Of a stretch of 64,000 nt of DNA, positions 10,501-19,600 are shown one piece after another (position 1 is the stretch's first letter; each line of letters opens with the position of its first letter). Source of the stretch: Thermoproteota archaeon (GTDB taxonomy: Archaea > Thermoproteota > Thermoprotei_A > EX4484-217-1); assembly GCA_029258915.1 (NCBI GenBank), contig JAPDJU010000006.1:101183-165182 (forward strand), read 5' to 3'. The position numbers and the translations under genes are program-made. The notes beneath the pieces were generated by a model. That model had not been told where the DNA came from. It was given only the letters and a program-made list of their open reading frames with translations, and made no database searches.

Positions 10501-11106
10501 TTTAGATTTGTGGAGGAGCAGTTTAAACTGAGGTCTAGCTTTACGGCTTTCTATTTTTGTTCTCTTTCTTTCCTCACAGAACCCGCAAAGTTCAGGGTAT
10601 TCTATGGTTTCTTCCTCCTGAAGAACTTCGGTTTCACTACCGCACTCTAGACATTTGAAAACAGCTTTGTACAATCTCTGGATAACAGGGGTCATTCTCG
10701 TAATAATACCTTCTATCTGAACAAGTCTCTCAATATGCTCCGCTCCTAATTTACGTATGGGTACTGTTCTAGGTAAATTCCTGAACCTTACATAGAATTT
10801 TTCTGTTCTTTCAACAAGTTCTGGGTTTTCGCCTCTAACAATATCTTTCAAGGCTTCAGAAGCATATTCTAAGGTTATTCTAGGTTCTTCTAAAACCTTT
10901 AAAGCTAGATCAGGTTTTGTAAGTAAAAGGTCAGGAAAATCAACTATGAGAGATTTCTCACCCTTAATAGCAATATCTAAAATTTTATTCCAATACTTTA
11001 GCTTACCTTGTTTGTCCTTGAATGTTTTAAAGAAGTCTCTAAACTGGAGTTTTAAATCTACTTCTTTGGCTTCAATCATAGGTGCTTCTACTTCTTCTAC
11101 CGTCAT
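7531..11106 (-). CDS. mcm: MCM replicative helicase, interrupted by an intein in the Walker A P-loop
   Basis: N-terminal zinc motif CLECG...CGFCEE; Walker A GDPGVAK split from [31 protein letters not shown] by 486 aa; Walker B and arginine-finger region follow. Confidence 0.9.
   Translation of the reverse strand: [1191 protein letters not shown]
8566..10023 (-). mobile_element. Intein with LAGLIDADG homing-endonuclease domain, inside mcm (residues 362-847)
   Basis: Begins with Ser after GDPGVAK, block B TKDH, two LAGLIDADG motifs ([10 protein letters not shown] and [10 protein letters not shown]), ends HN followed by Ser +1; removing it restores a canonical MCM P-loop. Confidence 0.8.
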
Positions 11107-11119
11107 TCCTTATGCGCAC

Positions 11120-11686
11120 CTAATATTCTAAACCTATAGTTTCTTTTACCCAAACTCTAACTATATCTCTTATTGCCCAATACAATACTTTTTCCTCAGG
11201 AGTCATTCTAGCTAGTGCTTCTTTAGGTTCTTCAGTAACTAAGGACAGTACCAAAATTTTCTTTATCCTACTTCTCATGAAACCTCTTAAATGTGTTTCC
11301 AGGTTCCTATATTCCTCTATAATTTCAGATGTAGGTTTTATCTTAAGTAGTGTTTCTAGGTTTTTCAGCATGATTTCCGCTTTTAAATAGAAATCCTGAG
11401 GTATTTCTTGAAGTTGAGAAGGCTTTGTTATTGTTAATGCTTCTAAATATTCTAGGTTAGCTAGTTTCTCAACATCTACTTTTTCATCTTCCGATAGCTC
11501 AACTTTACCTTTTCCAGCTAACATATAGGCTAGCCATCGGGGCAATTCTGTTTCAACATCTTTTCTAAGCTCATATGTTCCTTGAGAATCAACGACCATA
11601 TCTTCTAATGACCTTATCTTTACAGGAAGAGTAAGTAGTTCTCCTCTTGAAGAATCTATGAGTATTTTAAGCATTTCCTTAAACAA
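11120..11686 (-). CDS. GINS subunit (probably Gins23-type), immediately upstream of mcm
   Basis: 188-aa helical protein placed where crenarchaeal gins23 sits relative to mcm; assignment rests on gene order and size rather than a strong motif. Confidence 0.45.
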   Translation of the reverse strand: MFKEMLKILIDSSRGELLTLPVKIRSLEDMVVDSQGTYELRKDVETELPRWLAYMLAGKGKVELSEDEKVDVEKLANLEYLEALTITKPSQLQEIPQDFYLKAEIMLKNLETLLKIKPTSEIIEEYRNLETHLRGFMRSRIKKILVLSLVTEEPKEALARMTPEEKVLYWAIRDIVRVWVKETIGLEY

Positions 11687-11811
11687 TAGTAAACACCATT
11701 ATGAAACATTTTTCCTCTGCTAACTTATTATGCCCATAGAAATATATGTGTATTTAAAACTGTACTACTTATAACGTAGGATTTGTTAGGAAAAATAGTG
11801 GAGGGTTCAGT

Positions 11812-12792
11812 GTGGCTAGTGTTGAAGTAGAATTATTATGGGCTGAAAAATATAGGCCGAAAACACTAGATGAAATAGTTAATCAGGAAGAAATAGTTAG
11901 GAGGTTAAAACAGTTCGTTAAAAGTAGGAACATGCCTCACTGCTTATTTGCCGGACCTCCAGGTACAGGGAAAACTACTGCTGCCCTAGCGTTAGCCCAT
12001 GACTTATATGGTTCAGGCTATGCACGTTATGTTCTAGAGCTAAATGCTAGCGATGCTAGAGGTATAGATGTTATAAGAACGACTGTTAAAGAGTTTGCTA
12101 GAAGTGTTGTTCCAGGACCTATACCTTTCAAAATAATTATCTTAGATGAAGCAGATAATATGACGGCTGATGCTCAGCAAGCTCTTAGAAGAACTATGGA
12201 GCTTTTCACTTCAACATGTAGATTTATACTTATTGCAAACTATCCTAGTAAAATAATTGAACCAATACAGTCTAGAACAGCATTTTTCAGATTTACACCT
12301 TTAAAGAAAGAGGATGTAGTTGCAAGGCTGAAATGGATAGCTGACCAAGAAAACGTAAAATATGATATGGAGGCTTTGGAAACAATATTTGAGCTTTCTG
12401 AAGGAGATATGAGAAGAGCAATAAACATTCTACAAGCAGCCTCAGCTTTAGGTAGAGTAACTGTTGAAGCAGTATACAAGGTCATAGGTGCAGCACATCC
12501 TACAGAAGTTAGAGAAATGATTAAAGCCGCTTTAGCAGGCAGGTTTACTGAGGCAAGGGAGAAACTTAGAGCATTAATGATAAACTACGGTCTTTCAGGT
12601 GTAGATGTTGTAAAAGCTTTACATAGAGAAATATTCAGTGCTGAACTTAAAATCCCTGAAGAATTAAAGGTCATTATCGCAGACTATCTAGGCGAAGTAC
12701 AGTATAGGCTTGCTGAAGGAGCAGACGATGAAATCCAGTTAAGTGCACTTATTGCACGTTTAGCTATGCTAGGTAAGAGGCTAAGGGTATAA
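11812..12792 (+). CDS. rfcS: Replication factor C small subunit
   Basis: N-terminal KYRP, Walker [14 protein letters not shown]-like [10 protein letters not shown] and sensor motifs; GTG start. Confidence 0.9.
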   Translation: MASVEVELLWAEKYRPKTLDEIVNQEEIVRRLKQFVKSRNMPHCLFAGPPGTGKTTAALALAHDLYGSGYARYVLELNASDARGIDVIRTTVKEFARSVVPGPIPFKIIILDEADNMTADAQQALRRTMELFTSTCRFILIANYPSKIIEPIQSRTAFFRFTPLKKEDVVARLKWIADQENVKYDMEALETIFELSEGDMRRAINILQAASALGRVTVEAVYKVIGAAHPTEVREMIKAALAGRFTEAREKLRALMINYGLSGVDVVKALHREIFSAELKIPEELKVIIADYLGEVQYRLAEGADDEIQLSALIARLAMLGKRLRV

Positions 12793-12796
12793 TATA

Positions 12797-14080
12797 ATGT
12801 CTACACGATTACCTTGGATAATAAAGTATAGACCCAAGAAAGTAGCTGAAGTAGTAGACCAAGACAATGCTAAAAAACAGTTTATACCATGGATTAAAGC
12901 ATGGATTGAAGGGAAAAAACAGGAAAAGAAAGCAGCACTACTTTATGGTCCTGCAGGTTGTGGTAAAACGTCTCTAGTAGAAGCAACGGCTAAAGAGTTT
13001 GGTTTAGAACTCATAGAAATGAATGCAAGCGATTTTAGAACAAGAGAAGCTATTGAAAGAATAGCTAAAGTTGCAGCAACAAAGTACTCACTATTCGGAT
13101 TTAGAAGCAAAATAATACTCCTTGATGAAATAGATGGATTAAACGCTATTGCTGATAGAGGAGCACTAAGTGCCGTACTGGATTTAATAGAAGCAACAAC
13201 TCATCCAATAGTTCTTACAGCTAACGATCCATGGGATCCTAAGCTTAGAAGTCTTAGAGACAAGTGTCTCTTAATAGCGTTTAGAAGGCTTCCTAAAAGG
13301 GCAGTTATTTTAATGCTTAAGAGAATATGTGAAAGTGAAAAGCTTATATGCGAATATAATGCCCTATCCTTGATTGCAGATTACGCCGAAGGAGATTTAA
13401 GATCAGCAATAAATGACTTACAAAATGTTGCAAGCATTAGCAAACATATAACATTAGAGGTTACCAAACCAATTTTAGCTAGGAGAGACCGCCAATATAC
13501 ACCATTTGAAGCTCTTAGAAGCCTATTCTTTTCTAAATACGCATGGCAAGCTAAGAAGGCAGTAACCTCTGCCGATATAGACTATGAAACTATGATGTTA
13601 TGGATAGCTGAAAATCTACCCTATCAATACACAGACCCTGAAGATCTATGGAGAGCTTATGAAGCATTAGCAAGAGCCGATGTTTACCTAGGCAGAGTAA
13701 AGAGAACTCAAAATTGGGATTTACTAGCATATGTTTTCGATTTAATGGGAGCAGGTGTAGCATTAGCACGTAGAAAAACTAAGTTTAAGTGGGTGAAGTA
13801 TTCATTTCCTCAAAAAATACTTCTCCTAGCTAAAACCAGGGGGCAAAGAGAAATTAGAGATGCAATAGCAAAAGTATTAGCAGGAGCATTACATATATCA
13901 TCTATTATAGCTAAAAGAGAAGTACTACCATTCTTAAGAATTATTTTCAATGAAAACCCCGAATATGCTGCTAGAATAGCTTTAGGTCTAAACTTAACAG
14001 AGTCAATGATAAAATTCCTTACACCTAAAAGATATCGTGAAGTTTTAAGGGAATTAGCTAAGTTAAAGAAAACTGCTTAA
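12797..14080 (+). CDS. rfcL: Replication factor C large subunit
   Basis: KYRP motif, Walker [11 protein letters not shown] and ILLDEID; follows rfcS by 4 nt. Confidence 0.85.
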   Translation: MSTRLPWIIKYRPKKVAEVVDQDNAKKQFIPWIKAWIEGKKQEKKAALLYGPAGCGKTSLVEATAKEFGLELIEMNASDFRTREAIERIAKVAATKYSLFGFRSKIILLDEIDGLNAIADRGALSAVLDLIEATTHPIVLTANDPWDPKLRSLRDKCLLIAFRRLPKRAVILMLKRICESEKLICEYNALSLIADYAEGDLRSAINDLQNVASISKHITLEVTKPILARRDRQYTPFEALRSLFFSKYAWQAKKAVTSADIDYETMMLWIAENLPYQYTDPEDLWRAYEALARADVYLGRVKRTQNWDLLAYVFDLMGAGVALARRKTKFKWVKYSFPQKILLLAKTRGQREIRDAIAKVLAGALHISSIIAKREVLPFLRIIFNENPEYAARIALGLNLTESMIKFLTPKRYREVLRELAKLKKTA

Positions 14081-14921
14081 AAACCGGTTTATCGTATTTA
14101 AAGTCTACATGTTCATAGAGAAATTTGAAAAGCATATGCTTAGTTGATTTTTTCATCCAATACTCTTTCATCTCCCTTACACTTTCTGAAATTACTTTAA
14201 AAGAGAATGGGTAAGTAATATCAAACAATATTAAGTTCTTCGGCGTTGCTGGTTTAACATCAGCTACTTCACATATACCTTTAAATGCTGTATTAAGGTC
14301 TTTTATAGACTTTTTGCCTGCAACATAAAGCTCTGTAAAAGAAACTATCCTTCTAACCATTTGCCTTAAGAAACTATCAGCTACAATGTCGAAAATCACT
14401 ATGTCATCTGTCTTAAATATGTTAAAACCGAGAATAGTTCTTTCAGTACTAATAAATTCTGGAACTTGAGAGTAAAGATATGAGCTAAAACATTTAAAGT
14501 CATGTTTACCTATAAACCTTTTAGCTATTTCAGATGCTTTATGAACATTAAATCCTCTAGCATATCTTACGTAAACGTATCTCCTACATATAGCATTAAA
14601 TCTTGGATTGAATTCGAAGTTAACAATTCTATAACCCCAAATAATGATGTCTACTGGGAGCTCTTCACGTACCTTACCAATTACTTCTTCAACTTTCTCC
14701 TCACCTACATCACGTACGGTTAACATAAAAACCTGAGATAAAGCATGAACTCCTTTATCTGTTCTTCCAGAAGCAACAAATTTCTCAAAGTTTAAGCCTA
14801 TATTTCTAAAAGCCTTAATTACCTCGCCTTCAACCGTTCTTAACCTAGGCTGCCTTTGTGAACCATGGAATAATGTTCCATCGTAGAAAACTTTAATTAA
14901 TAAATTGAAGACAGTGCTCAT
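14058..14921 (-). CDS. truA: tRNA pseudouridine(38-40) synthase TruA
   Basis: [12 protein letters not shown] and catalytic GRTDKGVHA motifs. Confidence 0.8.
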   Translation of the reverse strand: MSTVFNLLIKVFYDGTLFHGSQRQPRLRTVEGEVIKAFRNIGLNFEKFVASGRTDKGVHALSQVFMLTVRDVGEEKVEEVIGKVREELPVDIIIWGYRIVNFEFNPRFNAICRRYVYVRYARGFNVHKASEIAKRFIGKHDFKCFSSYLYSQVPEFISTERTILGFNIFKTDDIVIFDIVADSFLRQMVRRIVSFTELYVAGKKSIKDLNTAFKGICEVADVKPATPKNLILFDITYPFSFKVISESVREMKEYWMKKSTKHMLFKFLYEHVDFKYDKPVFKQFSLT

Positions 14922-15745
14922 TTTTCACTAAACCTGATATGTATGTCAACCTCATTTATTATTTCTGGAACGCCTTTCAATGTGGTTAAATATCCTTTTA
15001 AAATACTCGTCAAGACCCGTTTAGGATAGGGTGTTAAGTGTATTCTCTTACCATTAACCTTAATGTCTACTGAAAGTTTTACAGGGCAGTCTACAAGGTT
15101 CTTCTCTCCTTTAAGCATAGCATAGGTAAAGTCTTTACATGAGGAATAACCGCAAAGACCACAGTCGGTTCCCGGCAGGTCTGCTAGAATTTTGTTTATA
15201 GAATAATGAACTATATCGTCAACTAGCTGCTCTATATCATTGAATGTGTATTTTTTGCATGTAATGTTTTCCGGTAGTTCACATGGATATTTGCAAACGA
15301 TAGCCATACAGTCTTTCATAACGTTTACTAGGCCCTTTAATTCGCTAGGATTTTCTAGTACGATAATTTTAGGATATCCTTTAATCCTCTTGAAACCTTC
15401 AACTATAACTATATTTTCCTTTATCGGCAACATCTGGATAATAGACTCTACTTCCATATTTCTTTTAGTGAAAAAACCTATTTCGTCTTCAGACACTAGT
15501 ACAATGGTTTCTGCACCAGCTTTTTTATATCGTTCAGAATCTTTTCCATGAACATCTATTCTGTGGTATGCGTGTTTTATAATTGCGGTTCTGAAGCCTC
15601 TTACTTTAAGCTCATTAACTATTTTAGTACCTAATGCTGTTTTTCCAACACCCTTTTTCGCAGATATGATTTGTATAATGGCTTTACCTAGTATCAACCG
15701 TTCTCTCCTCGTTAAGAATTCAGTTAAAGTTATTTTAAATTTCAC
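14918..15745 (-). CDS. mobB: MobB-like P-loop protein with a C-terminal Cys-rich (putative Fe-S) domain
   Basis: P-loop SAKKGVGKT and MobB-like IVEGFK in the N-terminal half; C-terminal CxxC-rich segment TDCGLCGYSSC...DCP. Confidence 0.55.
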   Translation of the reverse strand: MKFKITLTEFLTRRERLILGKAIIQIISAKKGVGKTALGTKIVNELKVRGFRTAIIKHAYHRIDVHGKDSERYKKAGAETIVLVSEDEIGFFTKRNMEVESIIQMLPIKENIVIVEGFKRIKGYPKIIVLENPSELKGLVNVMKDCMAIVCKYPCELPENITCKKYTFNDIEQLVDDIVHYSINKILADLPGTDCGLCGYSSCKDFTYAMLKGEKNLVDCPVKLSVDIKVNGKRIHLTPYPKRVLTSILKGYLTTLKGVPEIINEVDIHIRFSEK

Positions 15746-15944
15746 CTAACTCTTCAAGAAACCTTTTAATAGCTAATGTAAACGGGTTTCCATAGTTTAT
15801 TTCGTAAATTAGTATTTTACCATACTTTTTCTTTTTTACAATACCATATTTTTCAAGAACATCTAAGTGTTCTTTAGCATTCTGATGGTGTATATCGAGT
15901 TTCTTAGCAATAGCTGTTATGTTTGCTGACTCATGTTTAATCAT
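15735..15944 (-). CDS. Small winged-helix transcriptional regulator (ArsR-like)
   Basis: 69-aa ORF with an HTH-like core IAKKLDIHHQNAKEHLDVLEKYGIV; overlaps the mobB-like start. Confidence 0.45.
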   Translation of the reverse strand: MIKHESANITAIAKKLDIHHQNAKEHLDVLEKYGIVKKKKYGKILIYEINYGNPFTLAIKRFLEELGEI

Positions 15945-16010
15945 AAACTTTAATATCCTTACTCTATTTTTTGACGATAAAATTTTTTCAATTATTTCTA
16001 ATCATCCCCA

Positions 16011-17276
16011 TTATCGCTTATGCGTATATTGTTCAATAAGTTTCAAAACCTCCTTTTCTAACTGATCTAATGGAACATTAAATATTCCTATAAGCGTACT
16101 TCTCCCTCTATAACCTTTGCCCGAAGTTTTTGTATCAATAAGTCCTCGTTGCTTAAGATCCCTTATGTACTCGTAAACTTGAGTATGACCCCTAGATCTT
16201 TCACCGAAAATTTCACATAACATTTCATATTCGCTCTCAACATCACCTATTCTAACATATTGTCTTCCAGAGCGTTTTAAGGCCTTAATCGCTGCAGCAT
16301 ATATGAGTAGTTCATGTAATGGTAGGTGAAGTATCATATCTTTAGCTATTATCATGTAGCTTGAGCTTTCAATTCCAGCTAAGCTTGCATATGCTTTCCT
16401 TAGATGCTCTAATGTAACTCGAGGGCTTCCTTCATAATCTGCAGCTTCACCTGCTCTAAGAAGAAGCTCAATTGCTGCTCTCGCGTTTCCATCACCTCCT
16501 TTATCAACACCCACTATTTCCGCAATAGCGCTGATTACATCTTCTTCAACTGTTCCTTCCCAGAAAGCAAGTTTCATACGTTGTTTTAAAATGTCTTTAA
16601 GTTCTTTTGAAGTATATGGTTTAAAAGCTATCATGTGTCTTAGAAGATAGCTTGATGTTGCCGAGTCTAAACTGTTAAGTTCTGTTAAACTTCTACCTAT
16701 AAGGACAAAGCTTATTCTTTTAGTGTATTCAGGATACTCATCATAGGTTCTTATAAAGAAGTATAGTGCATCGCTACCTGAAACTTTAACAAAGTAATCA
16801 AACTCGTCGAGAGCAAGTATTACGTAAATGTCGTTGTCTTCAAGGTATTCTAATATGGCTGCATAAAGTTCAAATGCTGAAAGACCTCTTTGGGGTAAAG
16901 GTATTCTTAAGTGTTTTGCTATTTCCATTACAACGTTATATACTGTTCTATCTCTATGGCAGTTAACGTGAATATACTGTAGGTTTATTCCTTTACTTTT
17001 AGCTTTAAGTGTAAAAACATTTCCGAAAGTCCTAGCAGTAACAGTTTTACCAACACCTACAGGTCCATGAAGGAAAACTCTCTGACTAATGCTTCCAGGA
17101 CTATAGAGCAAAGGTTTAAAATACTGTGCCAAAAGCCTAATTTGCTCTTCCCTATAAGGCAAGCTTGGAGGAATATATTCCGGATAAAGTTTTTCCTTAG
17201 CTTTAAACACTGAAGGTTTACTTAAAACACCCTCAATAATTTCCTCAGTACCAACAAACTTTTTATACTCACTCAC
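16011..17276 (-). CDS. orc1: Orc1/Cdc6 replication initiator
   Basis: AAA+ Walker A GPVGVGKT, Walker B LDEFD and a C-terminal winged-helix region; GTG start. Confidence 0.9.
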   Translation of the reverse strand: MSEYKKFVGTEEIIEGVLSKPSVFKAKEKLYPEYIPPSLPYREEQIRLLAQYFKPLLYSPGSISQRVFLHGPVGVGKTVTARTFGNVFTLKAKSKGINLQYIHVNCHRDRTVYNVVMEIAKHLRIPLPQRGLSAFELYAAILEYLEDNDIYVILALDEFDYFVKVSGSDALYFFIRTYDEYPEYTKRISFVLIGRSLTELNSLDSATSSYLLRHMIAFKPYTSKELKDILKQRMKLAFWEGTVEEDVISAIAEIVGVDKGGDGNARAAIELLLRAGEAADYEGSPRVTLEHLRKAYASLAGIESSSYMIIAKDMILHLPLHELLIYAAAIKALKRSGRQYVRIGDVESEYEMLCEIFGERSRGHTQVYEYIRDLKQRGLIDTKTSGKGYRGRSTLIGIFNVPLDQLEKEVLKLIEQYTHKR

Positions 17277-17442
17277 TAGTACCCACCATTCTATAGTTTC
17301 GGTAAACCCCTCATAGATTATTTAACGGTTTCTGCCAGTCTCCCCGTAATAATTTTTACCTTATTTAAAATAGACTATTCGCTTAAATGCATACTTAGAG
17401 TATTTTAGTAATTATGAAAACTTCCAAATATTATGAGAACCT

Positions 17443-17556
17443 CTATTCTGGTTCTATGATTACGATTACTTTCACTTTCTTTCCGTGATGTTTCTTTAGC
17501 TTCTCTTGGTACTCCTTCGGCGGGTATATAATATATCTTCCTCCACCATACTTCAT
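17443..17556 (-). CDS. Possible 37-aa AbrB/MazE-like small protein; unsupported short ORF
   Basis: Own translation MKYGGGRYIIYPPKEYQEKLKKHHGKKVKVIVIIEPE loosely matches the swapped-hairpin AbrB consensus; too short to appear in the ORF track. Confidence 0.25.
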   Translation of the reverse strand: MKYGGGRYIIYPPKEYQEKLKKHHGKKVKVIVIIEPE

Positions 17557-17617
17557 TATCTTGGCATCAAAACTGTATACGTAACTCATAGTGTCACCGA
17601 AGAAATAATTTGAGACT

Positions 17618-17632
17618 AAAGCTTATAAATTT
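17618..17632 (+). promoter_or_regulatory. Candidate BRE/TATA promoter for tnpB
   Basis: aaagcttataaattt lies about 30-45 nt upstream of the ATG at 17664 and is embedded in the inverted repeat TGAGAC...GTCTCA. Confidence 0.3.
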
Positions 17633-17663
17633 GTCTCACAAACTTATTATTGGTAGCCAGGGG

Positions 17664-18893
17664 ATGAGGGTCAGAGTAACTGCTAGGGTGAAAGCGGTTA
17701 TCCCTAACCCTAGCTACTATCATAAACTAATAGAGTTCTTAAGGGCATACCGTGATTGGACACAATACGTAGTAAATGAGATATGGAATTTAAACTATAT
17801 ACCATCAATGAAAGAATTACATTATAGATTCTACAAGGTATTGAGGCAACAAGGTTTTAGAGCACATCATTGTCATAAGATTGAGAGGAGAGCTAGAGAA
17901 GTAGTTAAAGCTACTAAGAAGAACAACGGAAGTAAACCAATTCTTAGGAAACTAACAGCTAGACTAGGTTGCCAAGATTACAAGTTAAACATGCAGGATA
18001 AAGTACTAAGAATAGCTGCCTTAAACAATGAATGGGTAGAGTTGGAACTACTATGGTATGAATATCTAGACAAATACTTTAACGATGGATGGAAGCTAAA
18101 GGAAATACTCGTTAGCTACCGTGAGAATGAAATGTGGGTCTACTTCACCTTCGAGAAGGAAGTAGTGCTTGGACAGCCGAGAACCGTTATGGGCGTAGAC
18201 ATTAATTTCAACAATATAACGTACACCATAATCGATATGAATGGTAAGCTCGTAACTATGGGTGTCATACCGTTTAATGGACTGAAGAAAGCGTTGGCTC
18301 ATAGGATTATTGCTGAGAAAATTCAGAGAAAGCATTCTAAGAAGTGGAGGTATGTCAAGGGGATAAGAGAATCCATAAGGAAGCACGGTAGGAGAGCAAG
18401 AAACATTCTTGTTGATTCATGCCACTACATATCAAGGAGGATAGTAGAGATAGCTAAGGAGTACAATACACTAACTGTCCTAGAGAACTTAAACAAACTT
18501 AGAATTAGAGCTAATGGGTCTAGGAGATATAATAAGAAGCTATCGCTGTGGACATACCGCAGAATACAGACCTATATCTACTACAAGGCATTAGTTAAGG
18601 GTGTTCCAGTAATTCATGCTGATCCGAGAAACACTTCTAAAAAATCACCCATAGGGAGAAAGCTTACGTTCAACAACTATAGATGGGCTAAGCTACCTAA
18701 CGGACATATTGTTACTAGAGATGCAGTTGCTTCATGGAATTTAGCACTTAAAGGTCTTAAGTTTCTAACCAGAGATGTGGGGTCTCGTGGTTTCGTGGAG
18801 ACCCCGAAAGCCCCTAACCAGATGCAAACCCAAGAAGGGATGAAGGGGATGCCCGAGCAAGTTTCCAAAATATCTATAATCACCAAAAGATAA
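17664..18893 (+). CDS. tnpB: IS200/IS605-family TnpB-like RuvC nuclease (OrfB) with degenerate zinc finger; no tnpA
   Basis: RuvC-I GVDINF, RuvC-II TVLENL and RuvC-III TRDAVASWNLA all present; the CxxC...CxxC zinc-finger cysteines are absent. ATG at 17664 preferred over the TTG at 17610. Confidence 0.7.
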   Translation: MRVRVTARVKAVIPNPSYYHKLIEFLRAYRDWTQYVVNEIWNLNYIPSMKELHYRFYKVLRQQGFRAHHCHKIERRAREVVKATKKNNGSKPILRKLTARLGCQDYKLNMQDKVLRIAALNNEWVELELLWYEYLDKYFNDGWKLKEILVSYRENEMWVYFTFEKEVVLGQPRTVMGVDINFNNITYTIIDMNGKLVTMGVIPFNGLKKALAHRIIAEKIQRKHSKKWRYVKGIRESIRKHGRRARNILVDSCHYISRRIVEIAKEYNTLTVLENLNKLRIRANGSRRYNKKLSLWTYRRIQTYIYYKALVKGVPVIHADPRNTSKKSPIGRKLTFNNYRWAKLPNGHIVTRDAVASWNLALKGLKFLTRDVGSRGFVETPKAPNQMQTQEGMKGMPEQVSKISIITKR

Positions 18894-18930
18894 AACACGG
18901 GCAACCACTAAGCTAAAAGCATGCTATAAG

Positions 18931-19440
18931 TCATCTACCTACTCTCCGTATGATATCTCCTCTTTTCAAAATAGAAACACAGGCTATATCGCCAACTATT
19001 TCAACTCTAACTATGTATTTAGGGTTCTTGAAGGAAACTTTAGCTTCCAGTTCCTTAGCTATTTTTGCACCTAATGTTCTCTCCACTATTACACTTGACT
19101 CTACAAATCTGCCTCTACGTATACAGTCTACAATAAATGTGTCATTTTTTCTGATATGCTTTTTAGCTAGTTGAAAACCTATTTCAACTATATTATCGAG
19201 GCTTGTTTTAACGCATTTCTCTAAAGGTATAATTTTAAAAATTACAGATGTAGGATTTTTCCGTATAATATCTAATGCTTTAAAGGGACTTAGACTAGTA
19301 AATATTAAAACTACGCCATCAAAACTTGTTTTTATACCATAAGCTTTCTGATCGTGTTCAAAAAGTATGTCAAGTATTTCAACTATTGCTTGGTTCTCTT
19401 TACCCTTACTCGTTGTTACCAATAACTTAGGGTATGACAC
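18931..19440 (-). CDS. THUMP-domain RNA-binding protein
   Basis: 169-aa ORF with a THUMP-like core; convergent with tnpB. Confidence 0.55.
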   Translation of the reverse strand: MSYPKLLVTTSKGKENQAIVEILDILFEHDQKAYGIKTSFDGVVLIFTSLSPFKALDIIRKNPTSVIFKIIPLEKCVKTSLDNIVEIGFQLAKKHIRKNDTFIVDCIRRGRFVESSVIVERTLGAKIAKELEAKVSFKNPKYIVRVEIVGDIACVSILKRGDIIRRVGR

Positions 19441-19600
19441 TATTTAACCCTTTCAAGACTTAAATAAGATAATGAACCTCTACACTAACTTGTACACATC
19501 TTCTAGAAAACTGTTTACTTCCTTCCTAACGAGAGTAAACTATAATAAGGTAACACTTTTCAATTCAACCAGTAAATGTAGAAATTGGATGTAAGAAGCA

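Noticed and set aside
17610-17663. TTG start extending tnpB by 18 codons
   Set aside because: The extension would read through the putative TATA box; the ATG at 17664 gives an N-terminus consistent with TnpB proteins.
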